In this document: positions 51,046-63,632 of the stretch, in pieces
Layout: the number at the start of each line of letters is the position of its first letter
How positions within the stretch are numbered: the stretch's first letter is position 1
NCBI GenBank assembly: GCA_030390025.1
Contig: CM059431.1
Location: 114,330,001-114,394,000 of the forward strand
Direction of reading: 5' to 3'
Source of the DNA: Squalus acanthias
Taxonomy: Eukaryota
DNA length: 64,000 nt
Program-made: the position numbers and the translations under genes
Notes under the pieces: generated by a model
What the model was told of the DNA's origin: nothing
Database searches by the model: none
The model's input: the letters and a program-made list of their open reading frames with translations, nothing else

Positions 51046-52039
51046 CAGAGTTGCTGTTGATAGAGTAATTCACTGCCAACAGCCAAGGAGAGGTAAGCGG
51101 GAAAAGGTGGAGTGAAAATCAGAAAAGAGAAAATTGGGTATTAAATAATAAATATTATATTATGCTCAGATGAGATGCGATTGCAGTGTTCTTATGTTTT
51201 GCATCTCAGCTTGCATTACTGTAGCCTTTCCTTGTAGTATGTTTAAAGTAGCATATTCTCGGAGTGGCTTTCCATGGCCAACACCATCAAAATGTCTGTG
51301 GCATAAAGGCGTGTGTTTATCCAGAGATTGGTCAGGCAGTTATGCTATTATGGAGGTTTTTGGAGCTCATTTTATTCTTATCTTGTTGAACATATACTCA
51401 ACTCCAGTACTTAGCTGGATGTTGCTGTAAATAAGGCATCATAATGAAAAGTGAATATGCCTGTGAAAACACAGCTTCTGGGAAAAGAAGATAAATACAG
51501 TGTTAGGACCTTATGTCTATTTGGGATGAGAAAGCTCATTTTCCCTGTGAATATGATGAAGAAAGATATGCACAACACCAATGAAGCAGGTATACAGCAG
51601 GGTTTTGAACTGAATAAGTAATATCTATTTCAGTAGCATGCCTAAAGATTTAACCAAAGTCAAACATATTTGATTCTACCTTACTCAGCATTGACAACTG
51701 TACTAACTCCACAAAGCTGTAATATTGCTTGGCCATTTGGCTAATGGCAGCTTAAACCCTTAAAGGGAGCATTTCCAATTCACCCTTCTCCTGCCTATTT
51801 AAAGAATACATTCAGACTATTCCAAATGTCATCAAAATGCAAGAACAGAAAAAATATCATATTACAATATTTGTTCTTCTTATTATCACATCAGTTTCAA
51901 TGACAAACTAAATTTGCCATAGACTTCCATTGAAAAATGTCAAGACTGCATAATGATGAAATCCTGGCTTGAATTTTGAATATGCACAAAGACTGCTAGA
52001 TAACAAATCATCCTCTGTAGTGTATGTAACTCCAATATT

Positions 52040-52800
52040 GGCCCAGAAATTCCGATCGCAGGTCTCCCGCGGGCGGAGGGCTGCGATCTGGAAAGATCTG
52101 CGCCAAGACCGGAGGGCTCCCGGGAGGCGCAGAGTTCCGCTGCTGGGCCTCTCCAAACTGCCGGTGCACAGGGCCCACGTATCCCAGAGGCGCATGCAGT
52201 TCGCAGCGTCCCTGGGATCACGTGGGCCATGGGGAGCCAATCAGAGAAGGGAATCTCCCTTCATACATTTGACAGGAAGACCTGTCAAATATATGAATAA
52301 AGATCACCCCAAAAACATAGTAAAACTTTAAATAAATTTAAAAAAAAACATCACATTTTTAAAATGACATTAAATTACAATAAATTAAGTATTTTAAACA
52401 AAAATTTTATTTTTTGAAAAAAATAATTAAAGTTTTTAACGGGGCTAAAAATAAACTTACCTTTCTTTAAAGTATTTTTAAATGATAAATCAGTGGAAAC
52501 ATTTTTATTTTTACTTTTTTCAACTCTTATCCTGGTAAAAGCAGGCCTTATGCCTGCTTTTACCAGGCGTAAGAATTGGAAGTGTTTTCTGCGGGCGGAG
52601 GGTCTCCAAAAAGCGTAACTCTCCACCCGCAGAGGACCTGCTCCCGGGCAGGCGGAGGATCTGTCAAGAGCTTTCTTGACAGATCAGAAATGCCGGTTTC
52701 CAGCGCATGCGCAGTGCATGCCTGAAACTGGCATTTCCGATGTCCCTACGGGTGGGTACACAGCGCGTACACACCCGTAGGGATTGGAATTTCTGCACCC
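52040..52800. mobile_element. 761-bp Harbinger-type MITE, opposite orientation to 2706-3465
   Basis: ATT|GGCCCAGAAATTCC...GGAATTTCTGCACCC|ATA. CTGGGATCACGTGGGCC is the reverse complement of the motif at ~3275, and the same hairpin chain is present. Confidence 0.85.
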
Positions 52801-52959
52801 ATATGTTTAGAAAAATTCTTCTAAGGCCAGGCCTGAGTCAACCAAACTGCAGAGTGCATCAATAGATCACATGGGAGAGGGAGCTTTGCTCAGGACTGTG
52901 TAAGGACACTTAGTAATAAGGCCAGCACCATTGATGGTACATCTCTATTTTTATGCCAG

Positions 52960-53100
52960 AAAATGCTGGAAATACTCAGCAGGTCAGGCAGCATCTGTGC
53001 AGAGAGAAACAAAGTTAACGTTTCAGGTCGATGACCTTTCATTATTTCCAGCATTTTCTGTTTTTATTTCAGATTTCCAGCATCCGCAGTACTTTGCTTT
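52960..53100. mobile_element. 141-bp Penelope-like pseudo-LTR foldback insertion with 16-bp TSD
   Basis: Direct repeat TCTATTTTTATGCCAG at 52944-52959 and 53101-53116, an 18-bp inverted repeat CAGAAAATGCTGGAAATA/TATTTCCAGCATTTTCTG, and a partial hammerhead-like core. Confidence 0.75.
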
Positions 53101-53454
53101 TCTATTTTTATGCCAGTACTTTCTCTAATTATAATAGCTCCTCCATTTGAGGCTATCCTGGGGACTGAGCGATACAGTGCTTCAGAACTTGTCCTGTTGC
53201 TCAAACTGATGGGTTATAGGCTAGACTGACAGGATATAAATCTCTGACTTGACTTACAGTTGTAAGGGTCATTAGTAAAATGAGTCTGAGAAGCAACAGT
53301 CCAATTGCTACTGGATGAAAATTGTAGCATGAAACTGTTGACTAAATCGACAAGCTCAGTCAGAGATTACAGGTCCAATTCCAGGTTCCTAGCAGGGTGT
53401 GGCGCTTGCAGGAAGTACATCACAGGAATTCATGGGTGCACAGCCCGTGAATAT

Positions 53455-54143
53455 TCGACCACATATCTGCGGCATAACTAAGACTGCCTATTTCCACCTC
53501 CGTAACATCGCCCGTCTCCGCCCCTTGCCTCAGCTCATCCGCTGCTGAAACCCTCATCCATGCCTTTGTTACCTCTACATTTGACTATTCCAATGCACTC
53601 CAACGTTCTACCCTACGTAAACTTGAGGTCATCCAAAACTCGGCTGTCTGTGTCCTAACTCGCACCAAGTCCCGTTTGCCCATCACCCCTGTGCTCGCTG
53701 ACCTACATTGGCTCCCAGTTAAGCAACGCCTCAATTTCAAAATTCTCATCCTTGTTTTCAAATCCCTCCATGGCCTCGCCCCTCCCTATCTCTGTAATCT
53801 CCTCCAGCCCCACAACCCCTCAAGATATCTGCGCTCCTCTAATTCTGCCCTCTTGAGCGTCCCTGATTATAATCACTCAACCATTAGTGGCCGTGCCTTC
53901 AGCTGCCCAGGTCCTAAGCTGTGGAATTCCCTGCCTCAACCTTTCCACCTTGCTAAACCTCTCTTTCCTCCTTTAAGACGCTCCTTAAAACCTGCCTCTT
54001 TGACCAAGCTTTTGGTCATCTGCCCTAATTTCTTCTTATGTGGCTCAGTGTCAAATCTTTTGTCTTATAATACTCCTGTGAAGCGCCTTGGGACGTTTTA
54101 CTACGTTAGAGGCGCTATATAAATACAAGTTGTTGCTGTTGTT
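53455..54143 (+). mobile_element. L2-clade LINE 3' fragment
   Basis: AYFHLRNIARLRP, LIHAFVTS and ITPVLADLHWLPVKQRLNFKIL motifs, plus a (TTG)n tail. Confidence 0.9.
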
Positions 54144-54362
54144 GAATGGGTGGGGAATCACAGCTGTCCGCCCACTATTTCCTGCAATGTGCTCCCTGTG
54201 AGCACTCCTGGAAGTGCCAAATCAGCTCTGGCAAGGATTACCTGTATGGGAAATGCAAACAAAAATATTTTGGTTTAAACAAAGATTTTCTTCAGAGGTT
54301 GGTGTTAAACCAGATAATATGAGATGGAATAAAGAGAACTTTGCGCTACATCTGACATGTGG

Positions 54363-55809
54363 TACACCACTATTTAAGAAAGGAGGGAGAGAGAAAACGG
54401 GGAACTACAGACTAGTTAGCCTGACATCAATACTAGGGAAAATGCTAGAATCTATTATTAAGGACGTGGTAACAGGGCACTTAGAAAATAATAATAGGAT
54501 TGGGCAGAGTCAACACGGATTTATGAAAGGGAAATCGTGTTTGACAAATCTGTTAAGAGTTTTTTGAGGTTGTAACGAGCAGAATAGATAAGGGGGAACC
54601 AGTGGATGTGGTGTATTTGGATTTTCAGAAGGCATTCGATAAGGTGCCACACAAGCGGTTATTAAACAAAATTAGGGCTCACAGGATTATGGGGTAATAT
54701 ACTAGCATGGATTGAGGATTGATTAACGGACAGAAAACAGAGAGTAGGAATAAACGGGTCATTTTTGGGTTGGCAGGCTGTAACTAATGGGGTACTGCAA
54801 GGATCAGTGCTTGGGCCTCAGCTATTCACAATCTACATCAATGATTTGGATGAGGGGACCAAATGTAATATATCCGAGTTTGCTGATGATACAAAGCTGG
54901 GTGGGAATGTGAGGAGGATGCAAGGAGGCTTCAAGGGGATATAGACAGGCTAAGTGAGTGGACAAGAACATGGCAAATGGAATATAATGTGGAGAAATGT
55001 AAAGTTATCCACTTTGGTCGGAAAAATAGAAAAGTAGAGTATTTTTTAAATGGTGAGCGATTGGGAAATGTTGGTGTTCAGAGGGACCTGGGTGTCCTTG
55101 TGCACGAATCACTGAAAGTTAACATGCAGATACAGCAAGCAATTAGGAAAGCAAATGGTATGTTGGCCTTTATTACAAGAGGATTTGAGTATAAGAGTAA
55201 AGACATCTTACTGCAATTATATAGGGCCCTGATGAGACTACACCTGAAGTATTGTGTACAGTTTTGGTCTCCTTACCTAAGGAAGGATATACTTGCCATA
55301 GAGGGAGTGCAATGAAGGTTCACCAGACTGGTTCCTGGGATGGGGGGATTGTCCTATGAGGAGAGATTGAGTAGACTAGGCCTATATTCTCTAGAGTTTA
55401 GAAGAATGAGAGGTGATCTCATTGAAACATGCAACATTTTTACAGGGCTTGACAGGTTAGATGCTGGGAGGATGTTTCTCCTGCCTGGGGAGTCTAGAAC
55501 CAGGGGTCACAGTCTCAGAATAAGGGGTCGGCCATTTAGGACTGAGATGAGGAGAAATTTCTTCACTCAGAGGGTGGTGAATCTTTGGAATTCTCTACCC
55601 CAGAGGGTTGTGGAGGCTCAGTCGTTGAGTATATTCAAGACAGAGATCGATAGATTTTTGAATATTAAGGAAATCAAGGGATATGGGGATAGTGCAGGAA
55701 AGTGGAGATGAGATAGAAGATCAGCCATGATCTTATTGAATGGCAGAGCAGGCTCGAAGGGCCAAATGGCCTACTCCTGCTCCTATTTCCTATGTTCTTA
55801 TGTTCTTAT
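54363..55809 (+). mobile_element. 5'-truncated, decayed CR1 LINE
   Basis: RT fragments in ORFs 54214, 54977 and 55340 with multiple frameshifts/stops, and a (TTCTTATG)n tail. Confidence 0.93.
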
Positions 55810-55847
55810 GACCTGGGAGTGCTTGATACAGAAACTGGGGTGGGGGG

Positions 55848-55946
55848 GAGGAGAAATTTTGACTTTGTGTGACACGGTGATAACGAATCGGCAGCCTATT
55901 TTACATCTCTCCAGGTTTTTATTTCATTGAAATCAAAATTATCCCC
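55848..55946. mobile_element. ~100-bp mini-MITE, reverse-orientation relative of 50586-50690
   Basis: AATTTTGACTTTGTG...AAATCAAAATTATCCCC ends, with an interior matching the reverse complement of 50600-50680. Confidence 0.55.
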
Positions 55947-57139
55947 TGGGTGTCCAAAATGAAAAAAAGTATCCCATTCTCAGAAATGATCTCACTCAAT
56001 TTGATGTACAGAGCAAATTTTTAGAAGAATCCTGCAAAATCATTTGGGATATAAAAAAATTTCATATATAGAGTTTTTATGACTAGAATGCATTCTCTTT
56101 GAAGAAGCTTGACAATTCCTGTGATACAAGTTTGACAATATTGCAATGAACTTCATACCCTTCTGAAAATGTACTCCTGGAGTATGTATGTATCCTAGGG
56201 GACTTTACCATGGAAGAATCATTTAAAGAGGCAATGCATTCATGAAAAAGTGTTTGGAAACCTTTCTATTGGGAAGAAAGGAAAGCCAGATAACCACAAT
56301 TATACTTTCCAATATGATTCATGTCATTGCATCATTTATAGGTAAACAAGAAATAGTTTGCCGAACATTTTTCATGGAGGCAACATTTCTTTAAGATTTC
56401 TTTCAAATATCTATAGAGAACATGTATGATTCTGTAGAATCTTTTGCAGAGACATAATCGATCTACTGCAATAGTGTCCAGCCTGCAGCCCTAGGGCCAC
56501 ATTTGGCCAGCTTTCAAACACCAGGCAACTCAGTCCTCTTTGCACTTACATTTCTTATTTGCTGATTTGTCCTGTTTGAATCTTGTGACCCTGCAGTTTG
56601 GAAAGGGGTGGGTTTTAGTGCTGTTGTCATTGACCGATAAACCCTTAATTAGACCCTCCCTTGGGTCTGCCCCTTGTATGCTCCTGTGATCCTGAGAGCT
56701 ATGCTAGCAGGAGTATAACTCCTGCTGGGGCCACTCAAGCCAGACGGGTCGACGGGTAGGAGACAGACTAAAGGCAGTCCACTGCCCCTTCTGGTAGGGG
56801 GTTATGAGTCAGGCAAGTGACCTGTCCATGTAAAAATGCTTTTTGTAACAAAAACAACCCAGAGACAAGATGAGTCTCTTACAGACTTGCAAATGTAAAC
56901 ATCAATTGTGGAGAAGTGTGCTCTGTTGGATGTAAGGCAAGATGATACTACAATGAAGTCAAGTATCTTGCTGTGGACAGACAACAGTGGTAGAAATATG
57001 TTGCCTCATGTACCACTAGGCACAGGAGACTCCAACTATCTGACTAAATCATAACACTAATGTTTGTTAGTGTCAGCAACTTGAGATAAATTAATGGAGA
57101 TGCAGAAGTTACTTTTTTTCCAATTCCGATGAAATAGCC

Positions 57140-57940
57140 CATTCAGAAAGCAGAGAGGAGAGGGGTGGGGAAAACATGTTTGGTGATGGGATCATGTTGG
57201 AAGTGGCGGAAGATGATCTGGCGAATGCGGAGACGATGAGGAGGGAAGGGGCGAGAGTAGAAGCTCTTGTAATGGAACTGGCCTGGTCGAGGGTCCTGTC
57301 TACTACAGTGGAGGGGAAGCTTGGCTGAGGAAAATGGAAGGCATTTCAGAAAAACAAAGACTTGCATTTATATAGCGCCTTTCACGACCACTGGACGTCT
57401 CATAGCGCTTTACAGCCAATGAAGTGCTTTTGAAGTGTAGTCGCTGTTGTAATGTGGGAAACGCGGCAGCCAATTTGCGCACAGCAAGCTCCCACAAACA
57501 GCAATGTGATAATGACCAGATAATCTGTTTTATTGATGTTGGTTGAGGGATAAATACTGGGCAGGACACCGGGGATAACTCCCCTGCTCTTCTTCAAAAT
57601 AGTGCCTTGGGATCTTTTACGTCTACCTGAGAGCAGATGGGGCCTCGGTTTAACAACTCATCCGAAAGAACAGTAACAGGTGGCTTTATAAGAGTAGATG
57701 AAATGGGGATGGAGAAACTGTGGAAAAAGAAATGGAATCCTTACAGGTGAGGTGGCAATCTAGGTAGCTGTAGGAATGAGTGGGCTTGCAATGGATGTCC
57801 ATGGAAAATCCATCCCTGGTGATACAAAATAAGTAGTCCAGGAAGGAGAGAATCAGAAATGGACTACGGAATAAGGGGTAAGTGGAAATTTGAAGCATAG
57901 TTAATAAAATTCTTTACAGCAGGTCAAAAGCAGGAAGTAG
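57140..57940 (-). mobile_element. Penelope-like element ORF relic, split by a SINE
   Basis: LSFLD...SMDIHCKPTHSYSYLD...CKDSISFS and IRQIIFRHFQHDPITKHVFPTPLLSAF resemble the Penelope RT C-terminal and linker region. Confidence 0.7.
57352..57669 (-). mobile_element. Deu-domain SINE (SacSINE1-like), 5'-truncated
   Basis: Colinear with 34927-35230. Confidence 0.8.
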
Positions 57941-58078
57941 CAGTGGATTTTTGCAAAGCCAATGAATCTTTCTATTTCAGTTGCGCTATTTAGGATGAAT
58001 TACATTGCATGTCTGAAGGAAAGGGCAAAAATCAGCTAAGGTTTCTCCTTCTGGTTGCTAACCACTGACCTGCACTGG

Positions 58079-58080
<2 letters not shown>

Positions 58081-58119
<39 letters not shown>

Positions 58120-58410
58120 GTGTGTGTATGTGTCTGAGTGTATCAGTGTGTGTGTGTGTGCCCGTGTGTGTGAGTGTGTGTGCCTGTCTGAGTGTGTGTG
58201 CCGTGTGTGTGTGTGTATGTATGTGTGTGAGTGTGTGTGTGCCTGTGTGTGCATGTGTGTGTGTGCGCGTGCGCGCATGCGTGTGTGTGTGTGTGAGCGC
58301 GTGTATGTGTATGTGCACGTGTGTGTGTGAGCGTGTGTATGTGTATGTGCACGTGTGTGTGAGCGTGTGTTTGTGTATGTGCACGTGTGTGTGTGTCTGT
58401 GTGTGTGAGT
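58081..58410. repeat. Imperfect (TG)n microsatellite, ~330 bp
   Basis: Visible directly. Confidence 0.97.
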
Positions 58411-58926
58411 ATATGTGGATATTGGATTTGGCTTGGTTCTGATGCTGCATGTCGAATAGGGCACTGACATTCACTCTTGGGCTCAAATATGAAGAAAGGT
58501 TGCTTGGACAAGATACTCAAGGGCTGCCAATACCTTCAGTAGAGGAGTGTGTAGAGGGAAGATAATTGTCAATAAATAGATTTTTTAAAAGCTGAATGGT
58601 AACAACCTTAGAAAGGAATTCCATTTAAGTTATTGCCAATCCTGACTACAGAAGTTGAACTAATTGTGCCCAATAAAGGATGCTTTGTTCTTCTGCATGG
58701 ATTATGTCCATTCAGAATCAAGTTGCTGAAGTTCAATTCATTTAGGATCCTTAACAGCCATTAAAGAGTGAAGTTTTTTAGCTCATCCATCTGGAATAAA
58801 CTTGGACCTGGGCCCTCCGGTGAAAGAATGACACCAAATATGTAGACTGAGGTCATTGGATTGCCTGAAAGAAATCAGACAGTTAATGTCAAATTCCCAA
58901 GCTGTTTACTGACTTTGCATACCCAT

Positions 58927-59356
58927 ACAACAACAACTTGTATTTATATAGCGCCTTTAACGTAGTAATAACGTCCCAAAGCGCTTCACAGGAGCGTTAT
59001 AAAACCAAATTTGACACCAAGCCACATTAGGAGATATTAGGGCATACGACCAAAAGCTTGGTCAAAGAGGTAGGTTTTGAGGAGCATCTTAAAGCAGGAA
59101 AGAGAGGTAGAGAGGTGGAGAGGTTTAAGGAAGGAATTCCAGAGCGTAGGGCCTAGGCAACAGAAGGCACGACCACCAATGGTGGAGCGATAAAAATCGG
59201 GGATGCTCAAGAGGCCAGAATTAGAGGAGCGCAGATATCTCGGAGGGTTGTGGGGCTGGAGGAGATTACAGAGTTAGGAAGGGGCGAGGCCATGGAGGGA
59301 TTTGAAAACAAGGATGAGAATTTTAAAATTGAGGCATTGCTTAATCGGGAGCCAAG
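58927..59356 (-). mobile_element. L2-clade LINE 3' fragment
   Basis: Reverse complement of 53710-54140, beginning with (CAA)n. Confidence 0.88.
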
Positions 59357-59419
59357 GAAGGTAGTAAATAAAAATAAAAATTCCACTTTGACATGCAGAA
59401 GTATATAAAATTCACAGAA

Positions 59420-59552
59420 GGAAAGATTTTAAGGGCTATGGAGAAAGAGCAGAGGAGTGGGACTAATTGGTAGCTCTTTCAAAGAGCCAGCACAGGAATG
59501 ATGGGCCAAATGTCTCCTTTTGTGCTGTATAATTTTATGATGCTATGATTCT
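59420..59552 (+). mobile_element. CR1-type 3'UTR fragment (second tail type)
   Basis: AAGGGCTATGGAGAAAGAGCAG...ATGGGCCAAATG...TATGATGCTATGATTCTA tail. Confidence 0.6.
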
Positions 59553-59710
59553 AACTACATGGTCCTGTAGAAAACTGATTAATGACCTGAAACTACATTG
59601 CAATAGAAAATTTTAATCCGTTTAACAGTGTAGCAGGAAATAGCTCTCTCTGATCTCAGAAGACGATTGCCCTAGTATTCAATTTCTGGGTGAGCACAAC
59701 AGAACCTTAA

Positions 59711-60879
59711 GGGGGAACTTTAACCTGAGAAAATCTGTAGATTGGGGGTAGGGGGGGAAGCTAAAGTATTAAAAATCTAAATCTCGACCCCAATCCGCCT
59801 CCAACCCGCCCACTTCCAGGTTAAACGAAGGCGGGTTGCCACTTTAAATATGATAATGAGGCCCTGCAGTTGTACAAGGCCTTGGTGAGACCACACCTTG
59901 AGTATTGTGTGCAGTTTTGGTCGCCTTATCTGAGGAAGGATGTTCTTGCCATGGAGGGAGTGCAGCGAAGATTTACCAGACTGATACCTGGGATGGCAGG
60001 AATGACGTATGAAGAGAGATTGGGTTGATTAGGCTTATATTCGCTAGAGTTTAGAAGAATGAGAGGGGATCTCATTGAAACTTATAAAATTCTAACAAGA
60101 CTAGACAGACTAGATGCAGGAAGGATGTTCCCGATGGCGGGGGAGTCCAGAACTAGAGGTCACAGTCTAAGGATAAGGGGTAAGCCATTTAGGACTGAGA
60201 TGAGGAGGAATTTCTTCACCCAGAGAGTGGTGAACCTGTGGAATTCTCTACCACAGAAGGCAGTTGAGGCCAATTCATTAAATATATTCAAGAAGGAGTT
60301 AGATATATTTCTTAAGGCTAAAGGGATCAAGGGATATGGGGAGAAAGCAGGGACAGGGTACTGAATTTGGATGATCAGCCATGATCTCATTAAATGGTGG
60401 AGCAGGCTCGAGGGGCTGAATGGCCTACTCCTGCTCCTATCTTCTATGCTTCTATGCTTCTATGAAACCTCTGATTTAATCTGCTGTAGGCCAGGGATCC
60501 TGCGCGGCGAGGAGCCTCGGGGAGCAATCCTTGTGGGACGGGAGGAGCAGGAGTGCTTCCTCCTGGCCCCCCAAGCTCACCCACCATCAGCCCGCCCCAT
60601 ACAAACACCACTCGCCCCTCGGGTCGGTGATCGGACGTCCTCGGGGTCGGGAATCCGACCCCCCCAGGGATCAGAACTCCCCTACGGGGTCAGGGATCGG
60701 ATCCCTCACCCCCTCCCGGGCTCAAAACCCGGCCCCTGCCAATCAGGCTGGCTTCCAGGCGGGGACCCTGTCCGTGACATCACACGCACACTGTAGCTTG
60801 CGGGGAAACTCGGACTTCCGGGTTTCCCTCAGTCTACCGGCTCCACCCCAGGCGGGTCAGAAAGTTCAAAATTCCAGCC
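59711..60879. mobile_element. Non-autonomous DNA transposon (~570 bp net) interrupted by a CR1
   Basis: TTAA|GGGGGAACTTTAAC...GTTCAAAATTCCAGCC|TTAA with a GC-rich interior. The right end resembles the TIR of 35679-37448. Confidence 0.6.
59864..60464 (+). mobile_element. CR1 LINE 3' fragment, same subfamily as 45410-47210
   Basis: Near-identical to 46613-47205, with a (TTCTATGC)n tail. Confidence 0.93.
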
Positions 60880-61239
60880 TTAAAATCAGATTCAACTGCT
60901 GGTAAATGCTATAAATTATATTTTTATGAGTTAGGAATAAATCGTATCAGCATAGCAATCTCTGTAAACAGTTCTCTCGTGTGATGTGCATGTCACAATA
61001 TTTGGTAAAAATGTGCAAAAGTCCTCAAGTGCCGTGTATTGTGTACATAATTACTTGCTGTCCCTGCTGTTCCTGCAGTAACTGCAATAAATTAGGTGGT
61101 GTTCTTCAGTTCATGCATATTCCGAAATCTCCAATCCTGTATGTGTTCACGAATGAGTCCACCATATCCACCATCACTGTGTCACTCCAACCTGATTTTA
61201 ATGAGTAAAGTGCATTGTAATATCAGTAGGCACTAACAG

Positions 61240-61480
61240 AGAAGAACAGCAGGGGAGTTTTCCCAGTGTCCTGGCCAACACTTAACCCTCAACCAATGCC
61301 TAATACAGATTATCTGGTCATTTATTTCATTGCTGTTTGTGGGAACTTGCTGTGCACAAGTTGGCTGGCCACGTTTCCTACATTACAACAGTGACTCCAC
61401 ATTTAAGGTACTTTATTGGCTGTAAAGCACTTTGGGGCATCCCGAGATCGTGAAAGATGTGATAGAAATGAATGTTTTTC
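61240..61480 (+). mobile_element. Deu-domain SINE 3' fragment
   Basis: Reverse complement of 34930-35150. Confidence 0.75.
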
Positions 61481-62029
61481 TTTCTTTCTTTATTTTGTCT
61501 CTGTTTTGTGTGGCTCGGAGTATTCCTACCTCTCTGAATATGGATCAACAACACTTGACAAAAGTTCTGAAAAAATAAAAGCAGATTTTTGCATGTTAAA
61601 GCCTTGTCAAGGTCATTAATCGGGAACTCATGCAGTATTTCGTAGTTGCACAATCAAATTAAAAAGTGAGTATTTTAGTCCAAGTCAGATCTGGCATCGG
61701 TGAATTTAAAGAAAATGAAGATTTCAAAGCATTACTACAGCAGTGCGGCCAGTACCTTGTTGGGGGGAAGGAAGGGTATTGCCACCATTGTCCTGACCAC
61801 AATATGGACACGCAACATATCCCATTAAACAATTCCACCAATTGGAGATGCAGAGCTTGTTTCTCTGCAACCCAATTGTGATTTGTCACAATCCCCGCAT
61901 ATATCACTCATTCTCATGCCCAGCCATCAGGTAACACTTTTCCAGCAGCTCTTGTCCTAAGGATCAGAGTTTCTTTTTCAGTGATATGACAGACATCTAC
62001 CTTCAGCATGGTGAAAGGACTGACATAGA

Positions 62030-62133
62030 ACAGCCCTGACTTCAATAGAAAGGAAAATCAGGCGCAGTGTGTAACGGACAGCCGATCTGCTACAGGCCGT
62101 TTTGTACCCCACCCCGAAGTTGAATTTCACCTC
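62030..62133. mobile_element. Decayed ~100-bp mini-MITE, relative of 50586-50690
   Basis: GACTTCAATAGAAA...TGTAACGGACAGCCGATCTGCTA...CCGTTTTGTAC...GAAGTTGAATTTCACC is colinear with 50597-50690. Confidence 0.45.
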
Positions 62134-63516
62134 AAATAATTGAGAGATTCTCTTTTTGATAGTTCACGCTTTCTTTTAAAACATGTTTAAAATAAATTCC
62201 TCGGAGCTACTCCTGCGTTGCCAGCGTGACTTCAAACAAGTCACATCCCACGGAAACCCCATGGAGTACCGGCCGTTGCTTTGACAGTGGAGGTCACAGG
62301 CAGAACTCCACGGTACCTCTAACGCTTTCACCTCCTGACCTGGGACAGGAGAGGAGAGGGGGAGAACTTGATGCTCTCCCTCATTTTCATCAACACAAAA
62401 CAAAACAAGAAAGTTTTACCTCAGTAGTACAACGTTAAATTTCAAACTTGGATATTCAGTCACACCAGAACATTGTGCTGGAAACCTCTTTCAGAGCAAC
62501 GTGGAATGTCTTTATCACTTGATCCCTATAAGCAGATCCTGCTAATTTGTGACTATCAGTGTGGATATAGTTGAACAATAATTGCCTTACATGTATTTAT
62601 GACACAACTTAACAAATTAACAATAGATTCCACCTTAGTTGACTTACTGAATGATTCTTGCAAGTAATAATTACTAGTTAAGCTTGAAAACCAGAGGATC
62701 CATTTATGCTTCACATCCACCTCTGCTGGATTCCCCAAAGTGTATCCCATCTGCTTTTGGGAGCTCTCATTGCAATATCCAGTGATTGCAGGATAAGCAC
62801 ACCATTTTTTGGTCAATACTTTCCTATTAGCCTCATGGATCCATACATCATCGTCTTGCTTGCCTGGAGTGGGCTTATCTTTGTTGCAGAGGTTGGCTTT
62901 GATTTATCTAACACCCAGGTTAATGAGGCATGGAGACCAGTATGGCTCCAAGGGTAATGCACTCCACTACAGAAATGCTTGAGCAGGATCAAGTGATAAT
63001 CTATAGTAGACTAAAAGGCCCTGCTCTTCAACAAATGTAACATTTGTCAAATGCTGCAACAAGACACTAATATTATCATACTATCCATTTGTATTATTTC
63101 TGACTGTAATATATTTCTCAAATATACATCCTGATGTGCAGCCTGAGCTGAATTCAGAAATTCATTAGCAAGCATCATAAATAAGCTGATAAAATTGGCA
63201 CAATTATTGGTCAGTAGTATTGATTTTTTTCCAAGTCATTAAACTCTTGCCAAGTGCTTGTTACATTTTAAATAATACTACGCTATATAAATAGTTTCAT
63301 CCACCACTTAAAATTCTCTTTGAGATGGAGCAAAAAAAATCACAAATAATATATCTTTCATTTGATGAACGAATAGGCTCAAATTTAGCTGTAAACAGTG
63401 GATGAAGTGTTTGAATGTCCTGCCACAAATAAACCACTTTGTAATATATCTGCAATATATAGCGACTGTCTAAACAAGGGAACTATATTGAATTAAGAGT
63501 GAGGTAGATGTTTTTC

Positions 63517-63632
63517 CAACACACGCATGCACACACGTGCACGCACACACTCGCACATGCACGAACGCACATACGCGCGTGCATGCGCTCACACATTCAT
63601 CCGTGCGTGCACACACATGCGCGCACACACAC
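63517..63632. repeat. Degenerate (CA/CG)n microsatellite
   Basis: Visible directly. Confidence 0.9.

Larger units (their letters stand above)
61030..62339 (-). pseudogene. Possible decayed fibronectin-type-III exons (three candidate phase-1 exons)
   Basis: AG acceptors precede 62339, 61956 and 61191. Translations include ALEVPWSS...RY...WQR, GQELLEKCYLM and VDMVDSFVNTYRIGD/LKNTT*FIAVTAGTAG. They contain stops and frameshifts, and the resemblance is by eye only. Confidence 0.25.

Noticed and set aside
58036..58520. His/Thr-rich and Cys/Val-rich ORFs
   Set aside because: They are translations of a (TG)n microsatellite.
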